Shown piece after piece: positions 37,501-50,749 of a DNA stretch of 64,000 nt. The notes under the pieces are model-generated. The model made no database searches. It saw nothing but the letters and a program-made list of their open reading frames with translations, and was not told the origin of the DNA. The DNA comes from Felis catus (lineage: Eukaryota), in the NCBI RefSeq assembly GCF_018350175.1, contig NC_058368.1, forward strand, positions 60,452,001-60,516,000, written 5' to 3'. Numbering within the stretch: position 1 is the stretch's first letter; every line of letters begins with the position of its first letter. Made by a program: the position numbers and the translations under genes.

Positions 37501-38635
37501 AACAACAGACACTCAGATCAATGGAACAGAATAGAGAGCCCAGAAAAGGACCCACAAACATTTGGCCAATGCATCTTTGACAAAGCAGGGAAGAATATCC
37601 AATAAAATAAAGATGGTCTCTTCAGCAAGTGGTGCTGGGAAAACTGGACAGCGACATGCAGAAGAATGAACCTGGACCACTTTCTTACACCATACACAAA
37701 AATAAGCTCAAAATGGATGAAAGACCTCAATATAAGAGAAGAAGCCATCAAAATCTGAGGAGAAAGCAGACAACAACTTCTTTGGCCTTGGCCACAGCAA
37801 CATCTTACTCAGGAAGTCTCTGGAGGCAACTGAAACAAAAGATAAAATTAACTGCTGGGACCTCGTGAAAATTAAAGCTTCTGCACAGCGAAGGAAACAA
37901 TCAGCAAAACTAAAAGGCAAGCAACAGAATGGGAGAAGATATTTGCAAATGACATACCAGATAAAGGGTTAGTATCCAAAATCGATAAAGAACTTATCAA
38001 ACTCAACACCCAAAAACCAAAGAATCCAGTGAAGAAATGGGCAAAAGACATGAATAGACACTTCTCCAAGGAAGACATCCAGATAGCCAAGTGACACATG
38101 AAAACATGCTCAACATCATTCATCATCAGGGAAATCCAAATCAAAACCACAATGAGATACCACCTTATACCTGTCAGAATGGCTAACATTAACAACTCAG
38201 GCGACAACAGATGTTGGTGAGGATGCAGAGAAAGAGGATCTCTTTTGCATTGTTGGTGGCAATGCAAGCTGGTGTGGCCACTCTGGAAAACAGTATGGAG
38301 GTTCCTCAAAAAACTAAAAATAGAATTCCCCTACCACCCAGCAATTGCACTACTAGGCATTATCCAAGGGATACAGGTGTGTTGTTTCAAAGGGACACGT
38401 GCACCCCCATGTTTATAGCACAAGCAACAGTAGCCAAAGTATGGAAGAGCCCAAATGTCCATCGATGGATGAATGGATAGGGAAGATGTGGTATATATAC
38501 AATGGAGTATTACTCGGCATTCAAAAAGAATGAAATCTTGCCATTTGCAACTACGTGGATGAAATTGGAGGGTATTATGCTAAGTGAAATTAGTCAGAGA
38601 AAGACAAAAATCATAGGACCCACTCATATGAGAAC
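34581..38635 (+). pseudogene. L1 ORF2 endonuclease/reverse transcriptase (disrupted)
   Basis: [48 protein letters not shown] (FTDD for FADD at 36677-36688), IKYLGINLT. Many stops and frameshifts plus a SINE insertion. Confidence 0.96.
37222..37464 (+). mobile_element. Young felid CanSINE nested in L1 ORF2
   Basis: CpG-rich; perfect 15-bp TSD AAAGCTGTAATCATC (37207-37221 / 37465-37479). Confidence 0.97.
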
Positions 38636-39706
38636 TTTGAGACAAAACCTATGAATAAAGGAAGGAAAACAAAAATAATATAAAAACAGGGAGGGGAACA
38701 AAACAGAAGAGACTCATAAATATGGAGAACAAGCTGAAGGTTACTCGAGGGGTTGTAGGAGGAGGGATGGGCTAAATAGGTAAGGGGCACTAAGGAATCT
38801 ACTCCTGAAATCATTGTTCCACTATATATGAACTAATTTGGATGTGAATTTTAAAAAAATTAAAAATAAAATTTAAAAATGTAAACATAATCTTTCATGA
38901 TACAAAAAAAAAAAAAAAAGAAATATGGCTTTTCCTTTTCTTCCCTGTCCAATACTTCAGGACTTCCCATTTCTCCTTTATTAAGCACTGAATGCTGCGT
39001 ATGCTGGCCACACAGCCATTGGTACTGCTCTCTTGAGGGACTCAGGTTTAGTAGAGAATAAACATATAAGCAAATACATTGCAAAAGAGGGTAAATTGTT
39101 TTACATAAAAAAAATATTGCACAGTGGGTTTTCGATTGTACCTCCTAGCCCTTCAATAAGGAGGTGATATTCTCAATCAGCATTGTTTGGCAAGTGAGGA
39201 CCAATGTAAAGAAATAAAAGGATGTGTTTTTAATTGAAAGATGCAATTTAAATAGTTGTATTTTTGATTCTAAAAACTAAGAAATAAATTTCACCACCTT
39301 CCAAATTGGAAGCAGATGATTTGGTCAGGCAAATCTAAAGGAGAAGTTTAAAAAATCTTACTTTATAAAAATACATATACCATGTTTTCCATTTCAATGA
39401 TTATTCTAATGGAGAAATCTTGATGATGTTTAATAAATTAAATTCCATTACCAACATTTACATAGCACTGCACATTTATGATGACATTCTTTCTGAAACA
39501 TTTCAAAGAGAACTAATTAAATAATTTTACATTTTCACTGAAGTTTAGTTATTTCAAAGCAATTGACTTCACAATGTTTATAGCAAATTAGTGAAGACTA
39601 ATTCTAACTAGGACCAGTCTCCTAATGATCAATTCTGTGTGCTTCCCATGAAACTAGGGCAATACTGGAGTTTTTTATTTCAAATTCTTTTAGACATAAT
39701 GCCATA

Positions 39707-40068
39707 TGTATTAGTTTGCCTTCACAAAGTACCACAAACTGGGTGGCTTAACCAACATAAATTTATTGTCTCACAGTTCAAAGATGTTACCAGGGTTGGC
39801 TTCTTCTGATGGCTGAAAGGGAAGGATATGTTCCAGGCCTTTCTCCTTCACTTGTAGATGGCTGCTTACATGCACACAAGGTGTTCTCTTGTACATGTGC
39901 CTGTGCACAAATTTGCCCCTCTGATTTGGGCCCACCCTATATACCTGACCTTAACGAGTTACATCCCCAACATCCCATTTCCAAACAAGGTCATTTTCTG
40001 ATGTCTTGAGAGTTAAAAACTTCAACATTTAATTTGAAGGGGGGGGGGGCTCTGTTTAACCCATAACA
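39707..40068 (-). mobile_element. MaLR solo LTR (MLT1A-like)
   Basis: TGTATTAGTTTGCC...ACCACAAACTGGGTGGCTTAA...TTTATTGTCTCACAGTTC...AACCCATAACA. Confidence 0.85.
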
Positions 40069-40226
40069 GTATCAAGTTTTGTAATTCAGTCCTGTATTTT
40101 AAAAAATGTTGGAATAAATTAAAAATAATGTCATGATCTTTGGATCTTCGGCTTCTCAACATATGAACAACAAATGAGTATTTTTACAAACAGAACGTGC
40201 TTTTGACCATCTGTAAAAGATCATAG

Positions 40227-40794
40227 TGTTATGCAGTAGTTAGGCAGGAGCAAGGAGGAATAACGCAGATATGGCCACCCCCTTGGAGCCACCCCTGAGG
40301 ATTAACAGCCACAAGTTCAGAGACACCTCTAAGGGCTAATAACAGGAAAATCCTAGTCACAGAGGTGGTTCAAAAGCCCCAAGGGGACTTCTAAGAGCTG
40401 AGCATGAACACAAAGGTGCAACTGGCCCTTAAGTACCTTTAAGGTCACAACAAAAGCCCATTAGACACTCATAAATACACAACATATAAATAAAGACAAC
40501 TATGACAGAAGGTGTCATAGGTAGGCACATGCACAGAAGCCAAAATTTTATATAACCACCAGTTGTCAATCAAAAATGCCAATCAAAGCCAAATTTAAGC
40601 ATGCCCAAAATGGGCTTACAAGTATTCAGCTAGAGCCTCTCAGTGACATTGCCACTCTTTTTCCAGCAGTGGCCCACTTTCACACTTGAAATGCACTATA
40701 CTTATCTATTCAATAAACTCTATCTTCCCATTCTGCTCTTGGGTCCCTAATTCTTTGGTGCATCTGGGACAAGAACTGAGTGACCCCCATAACA
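40227..40794 (+). mobile_element. Solo LTR, probably ERV1 class
   Basis: TGTTATG...CATAACA terminal inverted repeat, 4-bp flanks ATAG/ATAA, AATAAA near 40712, ERV1-type 3' end ATTCTTTGG...GACAAGAAC. Confidence 0.8.
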
Positions 40795-41799
40795 ATAAGT
40801 CTTCCCCTACAACACTCTCCCTTGTATCCATGTGTGCAGCCAGTAGTTTAGACCTGATGATTTAATATGCAGTATAATACAAAAGGGTCTTGTTATGCTT
40901 TGTGTCTGTGTTGGGTGAAGGGAGAGAGAGGTGGTCGGGGTTATCACGGATTTGCTGAGTGAACATATTACTTTTCATTTAGTTTTGGCTCTGGCAGATT
41001 ATTTCCAAGACTATTTCCAGATCATTACCCTCAAAGTATTCTATATGGGATACTTTGTCTATTCTCACCCCACCTAACCCCCGACTCAGAATTTGCAGAC
41101 TATACAATGTGAAGTACAAAACAAACAATAGTTTTAGGTATAAATTAAACCTCTGTCCATGCAGTTCTAGTTATTTTTGGAGTTTCTACTATATTGACTT
41201 TACCGTCCAAGTTGTAGAAACCTTTATCTTTGGCAACATATCTTTCAGGGTAGAGGATGAAGCTCTAAAAAGGCCAAGTGGAGGATAGCAGAGGCTGCAA
41301 GCGCACCCTGGAGTGTGCACCAGGGCTGAAGCCCTTTCTCCTCTCTGTCTGACTTGCTGAGAAAGACAGCTTTGTTCAGTCTGAGGGATGTAGTCAGTTT
41401 CCTGACTTCCTCCCAGTTTATGACTCTTCTTAACATTTTGTTTATCATCGTATTCAATATTATTTTTAGATATTTTTCTTTTATTTTTCAATTTAATGTC
41501 TCCATGATCACCTTTTTCTATAAATTTTTTCATATATGTAATGTTTTAAAAATAGTTTTTATTACAACTTAATCTAAAATTAAGACAAATTACAAAATAA
41601 AAACATTTTCCCAGGCTCTTCCGTGTGGCATGTAGTCATCATGCTGACCTTAATTCAACGTATTTAAAATTAAGCATAAGCTTTATGACTGGACATTACA
41701 TTATCTCAGGGCTGAATGTGTGCATAACATGACATGGATTGATTTGAACTCATGATCTCATGTTCTAGAGCCCAGAGTTCTAGAGTTAGAGATGAGCTT

Positions 41800-42290
41800 G
41801 AAACCTTACACATTCACTAAGTTTTTACAAGGGGCAAATTGCTTAAATTCTCTAGATTTAGTTCTCTTCCCTGCAATATGAAGATAATAATGATTACCTC
41901 ATAAGTTTGTGCAGGAGTTGAGAGATGACAAATGTAAAGTGGCTTAAATATTGTTTGTTTTCTGTAAGCGATTAATAAGATCGTCACCATTATTGTGTAC
42001 ACAGAAGTGTCAAAAGTTTTTCCCTCCATCTTCTCAATACAAGCCATTTAAGAAGATTTGCTTTAGGAACAATCACTTTTATACCATCTCCAGACATATA
42101 AATTATCTTGTTAAATTTCATTTTTATTTCAAAGGCCTGATCTTAGCTTGCTTTCTTAAAAACCTAATGACTGAATATTTTTCTCTCTGAGCCTCAGGTT
42201 ACACATCTATAAAATGGGGATAAAAATCACGTCTAACAGGACTACTGGGACTGGTTTTCAAAGTAAATTATAAAGCATGAATATAAATGG
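41800..42290 (+). mobile_element. Two MIR fragments
   Basis: GGGCAAATTGCTTAAATTCTCTAG...GATAATAATGATTACCTCATAAG and CTCTCTGAGCCTCAGGTTACACATCTATAAAATGGGGATAA core motifs. Confidence 0.65.
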
Positions 42291-42692
42291 CCAGTTTTGT
42301 ACCAATATTATCAAAACAACATGTTATCAAAAACAAATTGAGGAACGGATGCAGCCAGACTTACCCAGAAATATTGAGAAAAATGTATTTACCTACTTAG
42401 CTAGCAAGCATAAATTAATAGGTCAGTGGAAGCTATCCACCAATCACTGAGATTTCATCAGGTATTATTCTAGTAGATTTGATGTAGGTTTGCATTGCAA
42501 TTCAAGTCGTGTGTGATTATCTGTGTAATTGTGATCATTTCAAAGTTAATTCTTTTAAAATGAACTTTAATCTCTCATATTACTTTTTTCAATGTATAAA
42601 TGGCTACCAAACAAAGGGACACACATCTGAGCCTTGCCCAACTTTACATATCAGGCTTAGAATCTTGAGTCACTGTATACAACAGTCTAGTC

Positions 42693-42740
42693 TATAGATA
42701 GATAGATAGGCAGATAGATGGATAGGTAGATAGATAGATA
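42693..42740. repeat. (TAGA)n microsatellite, imperfect
   Basis: ATAGATAGATAGATAGGCAGATAGATGGATAGGTAGATAGATAGATA. Confidence 0.9.
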
Positions 42741-43172
42741 TGAGGTTTCCTATCCTTTAAAAATAGATGCTGTTGTGTTTTTAATATGCAAGAGTACATC
42801 AAGTTATTTTTATTGTAGACTGAGACTTTGGAGAACGTACCTTCTTAAAAACTAGAAAGTCAAATTTACTTAATGAGTAGAATTGCTATTAAATACATGT
42901 TTCTTCTTCATATGTAATTTAAATTAGTTTTCAAAATCTATTAACAGTTCTACAATAGCATTTCTTAGTTATATACATACTCCGTGATCCTTGAAGATAA
43001 GCTGTGATTGATGCAGGAATTAAATGCAAATATCTCTGGGAAACATTTGTGAAAAATGATTATGTATTTACAATTACTTTATTAACCTGTGATATGTTTT
43101 TTATTGAGCAAGAATAGTTTTCCAGGTTTCAAAAAGAAGGATTAGAAACTGGTATCAAATACAGTTTATTTT

Positions 43173-43241
43173 ATATAGATATAGATATAGATATAGATAT
43201 AGATAGATAGATAGATATAGATAAAGACATAGATATAGATT

Positions 43242-43293
<52 letters not shown>
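43173..43293. repeat. Compound inverted microsatellite: (ATAGAT/AGAT)n then (TATC)n
   Basis: Purine-rich arm 43173-43240 abuts its complement-type array 43243-43293. Confidence 0.95.
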
Positions 43294-45407
43294 GCAGTAT
43301 GACAACTGTGAGAATCAATGAGATTTCAGAACAAAAGGATGGAGAACCAGCTCATAGTAAGAGTACTAAAGTAAGAGCTTTGTTATTAACAAAAGAAAAG
43401 AGATGTAGTTTAGATGGCTTATAAAATTAGGTCAGTTCATTTGTTAATTGCTTTTTCTTTTAAAAGGTGTTTTGGGAGAGTTTAATATAAAAGTTATTTT
43501 AAGAATAAAATGCCTTTTTTCTCCCATTCTCATATTTGATCATTAAAATTTTTAGTATCAAGGGAAACACCATACTGCACTTTGAATCAGTTAAATTGTA
43601 TGAATAAATTATCTGTAACAAAGAGCTCCCATGTTTCTAGACATAATATCTGTCAAGTTAATGAATTCCAAAATAAAAGATGGTTTGGAATATATATTAT
43701 AGGCTACTTATTTTCTCTTGTTTTTCAATGGTCTGCATTGGTTATTCAGATAAGTAGGCCCAGCATGTAATGAATTGTTTTGGAATTTGCCTTAGCATGT
43801 TTAATTGACATGCTGAAGAACAGTATTAATCTTCTGCTACAATTATTAAAAATAAGCATGAATGATAAATGTGAAAACGCAAATGTAGATGTTTATGTTG
43901 GTACCTTCTCAAAGATACCCTATATAAAAACATTTAGTATTGACGATATAACGTCTATCATGAAAACCCATATTGTGGTGATATCATTATAATGAAGAAA
44001 TTAAAAGAAAATAACTAAATCCATGCATAATATCGATCTCTAAGTTTACTAAATTGTAATTCATATTATGTGTTTAGTAATATATCTGCTTTCAGTAGTT
44101 CCTCACTTTTGGTCTTTAATCTTCATGCTGCCAGGGACTCTGTTTGCTTTCTCCTCTGTGGTGCATCCCAATCACGTGGATTAGGACCTGTCACTAAATA
44201 AATACACAATAAATGGCAATTGATAATTAACAATTCCATCGTTACAAAGTTGAACAAAAATTTATAGAATATTAAATATGAACAAGTTAACTGTTAATAA
44301 AACTATTTATTAGCATTAATTGAAACTTTAATAAACTGCAGTTATTTAGGAATATACATCATATTTTGTAATATATACATATTTTCAAATTTTAGCCATA
44401 AATTACAATGCATAGAAAATGCATTTGGAATTAAAAATAAGATTTATTATTGACCTTAGACTTGGCTCATTTTGTGCTATGTCTCTTTTTGGCTCTTGTT
44501 ACTCCTCTAATTATAGATAATAGAAAATAACATGGTTATTTTTATCACAAAGGTGGCTTCTCTAGTTATTTTTGTCTTTTAAGTGACAGATATTTTGTAC
44601 TGTCTAAATGGGAATGAACTGTCTTAGGAATTAGTGATCTCTTTTTACTGGAACTATAAAAAATAAAGCTGGGAAACATAGAATTATGTCCTGGATATGC
44701 TGAAAGAGGATTCATACATTAAATATGAAATGCTATAGAAAATGGTTTTCAAACTGTAGTCTATGAATTTGTAGGGACTCTTTTCTGGTTGCAAAGCGAC
44801 CTCTGGGGGAATGAAGGAAAAGCCAAGCAGAGGTGCTCTGGGGCCTGCATTTATGTTTTAGGCAGAGCATATTGATGTTAACTATTTTATGTACTGGGGT
44901 TCCATAAAGGATTTATTTACCCTGAGGAAAGTAGTGCTTGGCTATTTAAGCTTAATAGAATATTAAAGACTCTTGGAGGTCCTTTTAAATTTGAGGTTCC
45001 ATAATTTCATAGATGCACAAAATAAAGGTACCATTTGGTTGTACACACAAGCTATTATTATCACTTTCCTCTTTGAGCATATATTCCCCTCTCTGACGGA
45101 GAATTATATTACTCCTCTCCAGTGAATCATAGAAAATTTAGGGCTTGATAACACTGTGAATTTGAAAGTTTTTTTGAAAATATCTACGTGGCTGTATTCA
45201 TAGAAATATTACATATGTGTACAGTAGATTACGTATAAGAATAAGTTATCATAAAATGTATACAGTATTCAGTAAAACATAGAAATATATATGTATATAC
45301 TTGGCAATGAATGAAAATATATTCTAAAAGGGTAATAAGGAATTTTAAAAAAGTAAAGTAATTATTCAATACCTTCTATTAAGGCAATATGTGGAAATGC
45401 TATTCAT

Positions 45408-46185
45408 TTTTAATAGTTGGGTTTTGAACAATTTTGAAATTATAGAAAAGAAATAAGTAAAACACAAATATTTTTTCTTAAAATTTTGAGAGTATATTGC
45501 TAAGCTTATGCCCTATCACCCCCAAATTCTTAAATATGTATCTCCTGTAATCATGTACATGGATCTCACATAACCACAATACAAAAGTCAAAATCTGATA
45601 ATTAACATTGATACACCATATCCATTTCATCCTTAAATCCCACTCAAATTTTGTCAATTATCCTTATATTGTTCTTTGCAGCAAACTGATCAGGTTCAGA
45701 AACATTCATGGCATTCACTTGTCATGACTGTAGTTTCCCTCCAACTAAAATAGTTCTCGGTGTTTCCTTGAATTACATGATCTTAAAACTTTCGAAGAAT
45801 AAGAAAATCATTTTGTAGAATGTTTCTCAATCTGAGTTTGCCTGATGCTACCTCACGATCATCTATACATGATTATCTTTTCCAGGAATATCACATTTTC
45901 TTAGTGCCCTATTAGGTGGCATGTGGTTTTTATTTTTTTCTTATATTGATGATGATCACTTTGATTGGTTGATTAAGGAGGTATCCAACAGAATTCTCCA
46001 TTGTAGAGTTTCTCATTTTCTCTTTTACAATTGACAGTTATTTTGTAGACAGGTATAATGAAACAATGTAAATAGCCAAGTTCCCCATTGAACTTTTGAT
46101 CTATTCTATTTGTTTATTTATATCAAAATGGGCTCATGAGTGTTATTTTATTCAATGAGTTAAAATCATTTAATATTATTTCTTT
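45408..46185 (-). mobile_element. Old L1M (L1MC-like) 3' region
   Basis: ACATAACCACAATACA...AAAATC...TTAACATTGATACA, TTTTGTAGAATGTTTCTCAAT, CACTTTGATTGGTTGATTAAGG motifs. Confidence 0.7.
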
Positions 46186-46699
46186 GGCCAGAAGAAGATC
46201 CCCTTTAACTGTATCAAATTTTGTAATCTCTCATACTGGTCAGGTTCTGTCACTCAGCTCTGGTAATCATCTCTAGCCCTCTGTGCCTTCCCAGCTCAGA
46301 CCATAAGTCTGCATGCCCTTGGTACCTTGAGTCACTCCATAGTTCTGGGACTGAATTGCTTAGAATGGTAAAGGGAAAAATAGGAAAGGAAAGAGGGAAA
46401 GAAACAATATTTTTATTTTTATTATTCAAAATGCCATTTTGTTGTTGATTTAGAAATTTCAATACTTTTTAGAGTGCTCTCTTGTTCTTTTAGAAAACAG
46501 TGATTATGATGGCAATGGCAGTAGAGGTGTGTCTATATGTGGGTGCATTTTCTCCAATGAGTAGGTGTATCACAATGAAAAATATTCTCTTACTGTTATT
46601 TATAGAGAACTAAAATTTGAAGAAAAAAAACCAGGAAAATACCACTGCGGAGTGAAATCAGAAATATTAGCCATCTATCTACTGTTCCTATGGTAATAG

Positions 46700-47460
46700 A
46701 ACCCTATTCCCACTCATAGTCTAAAAACATTAGAATCATTTTTGAATTCTCTCTCTCCTTTATCACTTGCAAAACTCTATTGGCTTCACATCTGCAATAT
46801 TTTATATTTACTTTTTCATTTACTTCCTGTGTTCTCCTTTTGAGCCTTCTTTGCCCCAGTTTGCTGCAATCCTGCAAAACTGGTCTTTCCCCTACAACCT
46901 TTATGCCTTTATACTACACTGTGCTGCTAGATTAATTATCTTCTACTTCCCATTGCCAGGAAGATAAAGGCATTCAACAGCTTCTAGGATCTCTTTTCTA
47001 ACTCAGCTTTTCAATCTTTTCTTTTCCTCCCTTATCTTTTAAAATTGGTCACTCCAGCCAAAGAAAAGACATTATTGTTCCTTTTGGAAACTCTTGGATT
47101 TCCAAATCTGTACCTTTTCATTTTCTTTCACACATGGCACTCTCTTTTTTAATGTTCCACTCACTCACCTCTTCCCTAGCAGTTGGGGCCTAGGTCAAAT
47201 TAACCTCCTCCGTGAAATGTTACATGACTTCCCTGGGTCATCCAGCTACATCTTTGTAACCAAATTACATATATTATTTCCTACTATGTATTTTATTTTT
47301 TAACTTATAAATCACTTTACCTTTACAATGTGCCAAACACTATTCTAAGTGCTTTACAAATATTAATTTAATTGTCAAAACTAGCCTATCATATAGGTAT
47401 TATTGTTAATCTAATTTTAAAGATTGGAAAACCAATCCACAGAGTTTTTAAGCAATTCAA
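46700..47460. mobile_element. Degenerate L2 fragment followed by MIR fragment
   Basis: CATTTTTGAATTCTCTCTCTCC (L2-like); TGTGCCAAACACTATTCTAAGTGCTTTACAAATATTAA (MIR-like, about 47330). Confidence 0.55.
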
Positions 47461-47754
47461 ACATGCTTGGTTTGATTATTGAGACAATGTATTTAATTTT
47501 TATGCAGTGTTGCTGTTGTTACTTTTTTATAACTTTAACCCTTTTACAAATATGTAAAGGGAAAACCTATGTCAGTCTCCCGACCCCCCCATGGAACCTA
47601 GCTCATTGCATTTCATTTATAAGGCATCCTATAAATATTTGTTTAATAAGCAAAAGTGTTAACATTTATTGATCATATATTATTGAGAGGTTTTTTTAGT
47701 AAGAGTAATTTAGTAATAGTTATTGAGTAATTTAGTAATAGTAAGAGTAATTTT

Positions 47755-47962
47755 GGGGCGCCTGGGTGGCACAGTCGGTTAAGCGTCCGACTTCAGCCAG
47801 GTCACGATCTCGCGGTCCGTGAGTTCGAGCCCCGCATCGGGCTCTGGGCTGATGGCTCGGAGCCTGGAGCCTGTTTCCGATTCTCTGTCTCCCTCTCTCT
47901 CTCTGCCCCTCCCCCGTTCATGCTCTGTCTCTCTCTGTCCCAAAAATAAATAAAAAACGTTG
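47755..47962 (+). mobile_element. Young felid CanSINE
   Basis: CpG-rich near-consensus copy; TSD AAGAGTAATTT (47743-47753 / 47963-47973). Confidence 0.96.
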
Positions 47963-49079
47963 AAGAGTAATTTAGTAAGAGTAATTATTATTACTATTAA
48001 TTTGTATTTATTAGTTTATTTAATCCCTCAGTAACCTACACATTCGGTTCATTAGAACATTTTAAAGATTAAGAAACGTATCTGAAAAAGGCTCAAGCCA
48101 CTTATTTTTTCACTATCTGCACTAGGATGTATAAATTAGAAACATTTGAATATGTGATCTTTAAGTGATTTGACAGGTTAAATAGATTCTTTTATTTTAA
48201 ATTGGCAACAGCCCAGCTTCATAAATCAGGGAATGTTATCCCTATTTATGAATGGGAGAAAACAGTTCAGAGAAGTTGGCTAAAATGACCAGGATCTAAG
48301 TCATTTTCTGCCTCTCAAATCTGCAAACTTCACTTTGCCCTTTCAACTCTCACATTTACTCCAAGAAAGAATAAAGTAATGAAGAAAGAATTGTGTTCTC
48401 ACATGCCCTCCTCAAATTACCCTTTGGGAAACAAAGACCAGAGAATGAGTAATTCATTAGCAGCTAAGGAAAACATTTCACCAGGTTCATGGAAAAAAAT
48501 GTAGTCTCTACAGAGTACAATAATGGGAAACTGTCTTGCCTCCTACTGAAGACCAGGTCTGTAACAAATAGGCAAGTGGCAGACTTCTATGAGAAGCTTG
48601 AGCAAATGTTTTCTACACCACTGAGCATATTAGTCGTAAAAGCAGTGAAAAGAAGTTATATACAAAATAATAAAGTAGCTGTGAAGATGTGATTGGTTTA
48701 TATCATGTATTTCTCAGAATTTTGTCTAACTAGTCAATTTAATTTCTGAACAGGGAATACCTCTGCACTTCCCCAAAGATAATCTTTGGAAAAAGAAGGA
48801 GCATACCCAGGCAATCAATTTAATAGTTAAAGAAGAATGAGGAAGGAAAGTAACAATGCAGCATAAATAATGAACTTGGGTTGTAAACTTTATAAACTTA
48901 ATACCTGTCATAAATGAAAAAATAAAATTAAGGTTGTGGCTTAAGAGAATTTAAGAACACAATATCAATCTTTTACAAGTATTAAAAATAATTTAATACT
49001 TCATCAATAGTAGTTATTTTTAGCATATATTCTGCCCAAAGTCAGAGGCTTATGACACACTCCCATTAAAATCACTTCT

Positions 49080-49103
49080 CTTAATGAGGTAAACCTCATT
49101 AAG
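49080..49103. repeat. Perfect inverted repeat, 11-bp arms, 2-nt spacer
   Basis: CTTAATGAGGT AA ACCTCATTAAG. Confidence 0.9.
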
Positions 49104-49592
49104 GTGTGAAAGAGGCTAGAATCAGTTGTTGTATATTTTCAATGGAGAGAGATTGACATAACATTTGCATCTACCTTTTCTCTATCTTTAAAATTGAAAA
49201 AAAAAAAAACTCAGTTAATGTTTATTTGGGAAAGAAGCCTTTCCCTATCCTGAACAATCTTACTCTCAAATCTAACCAGGTGCTTCTTCCCATGCTCACA
49301 TGACCCCTTTTACACAATGAGAATGTTTCCTCATTTTTTGCTGTCCAAACATACTACATTGATTATTTTTGTACCTATATTGTGATGAGCACGAGTAAAA
49401 ATATATATAATTTTCCAACAGGTAGAACTGCAAGAACAAAATCTGACCATTTAAAAATTTTAATAGATAGTTAAAATGTTTTTTCAAATATATTTCCTTA
49501 TATTCTAGTCAAGTACATAAAAGTGCCCATTTTAAACTCCCTCGACAATATTAAATAAGATATAAGCATATTTTTACTTTTAAAGATCTATT

Positions 49593-49809
49593 TTTTTTAT
49601 TTTTTTTAACATTTATTTATTTTTGAGACAGAGAGAGACAGAGCATGAACGGGGGAGGGTCAGAGAGAGGGAGACACAGAATCTGAAACAGGCTCCAGGC
49701 TCCGAGCTGTCAGCACAGGGGTCCGATGCAGGGCTCGAACTCACGGACCGCGAGATCTTGACCCGAGCCGGAGTCGGCCGCCCAACCGACTGAGCCACTC
49801 AGGCACCCC
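49593..49809 (-). mobile_element. Young CanSINE
   Basis: Perfect 17-bp TSD ACTTTTAAAGATCTATT (49576-49592 / 49810-49826). Confidence 0.97.
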
Positions 49810-49849
49810 ACTTTTAAAGATCTATTGAATGAACAACTATATCTCCATA

Positions 49850-49941
49850 CTTTTTTTTCAAATATTTATTTAAAATCTAGTCAACATATCATGTACTATT
49901 GGTGTCAGGAGTAGAATTTAGTGATTCATACACAGTGCTCA
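49850..49941 (-). mobile_element. Very short carnivore L1 3' end
   Basis: TAGTCAACATATCATGTACTATTGGTGTCAGGAGTAGAATTTAGTGATTCAT...CAGTGCTC; flanking ATCTCCATA repeats. Confidence 0.7.
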
Positions 49942-50749
49942 AAACAATCTCCATATTGTTTTAAATTCTATTGCCTAGATTGTTAATTAAGTTAAATATT
50001 TTAAAAATATTTATCATTGAATTATATTTCTTCTTTGGAGAAGTGTTTGTTTATATATTGTACTCAGTATTCTTTTGAATTACTTGTCTTTTCCATTATT
50101 TTCCCAGCTATCTTTGTAATTCCTAGATATTTCTACTCATAATTTACATATACTACAATTATTTTCTGACTTTTTAATTTAAAAAGACAATTATATATTG
50201 TATAAAAAGACATAGCTTTGTCTTTTCATTATAATATTTATGTGTCTTAGTCATTTGTCTTGTCATCTTGTTGTGTTGAGTAAATGGAGGAGTGTAACTG
50301 CTTGAAACCATAATGTGAAAATGACACTACTTATAGAGATTGTATTTGGCATATTTGGGGGGTAAAAAGAAATCATTATTCCATAATAAAAAGTGGTTTT
50401 TCAAAAAGTGATATAACTTCTCAAGTGTTACGGAGAAATATGTTTTACCAAATACTCATCAGGTAAGTCTATAATGGCTTTGCAGAATTCACTCCCCCCA
50501 AATTTTATAATTTGTATGTATAAACTTTGAAAAATCTATTTTCAAAATGGAATTTCAGTATAAATTATTAGTTCTTAAAATTTCTTTTTAAATGACATTG
50601 GGAATTGTAGGGTTTTCTGGGTGCAGGTGTTACTTTGAACACTCCATTAAAAAATTACATCAAACTTTCAACTAAAATTTTAGGATATAGATTATTTTTA
50701 CATGAATCAATTATTTCGTTAGGAATTACAAAATGATTAATTTCTTCCT

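Larger units (their letters stand above)
31439..38923 (+). mobile_element. Full-length, inactivated felid LINE-1
   Basis: 5' GGGAGGAGCCAAG start, 5'UTR, ORF1, ORF2, 3'UTR, poly(A). TSD core TATGGCTTT at 31430-31438 / 38924-38932. Confidence 0.96.

Noticed and set aside
41189..41533. 114-aa ORF and adjacent GC-richer island
   Set aside because: Half is low-complexity A-rich sequence; no recognisable domain.
44740..44960. Possible hAT-Charlie MER element beginning TGGTTTTCAAACTG
   Set aside because: Second terminal repeat not identifiable; too weak to call.
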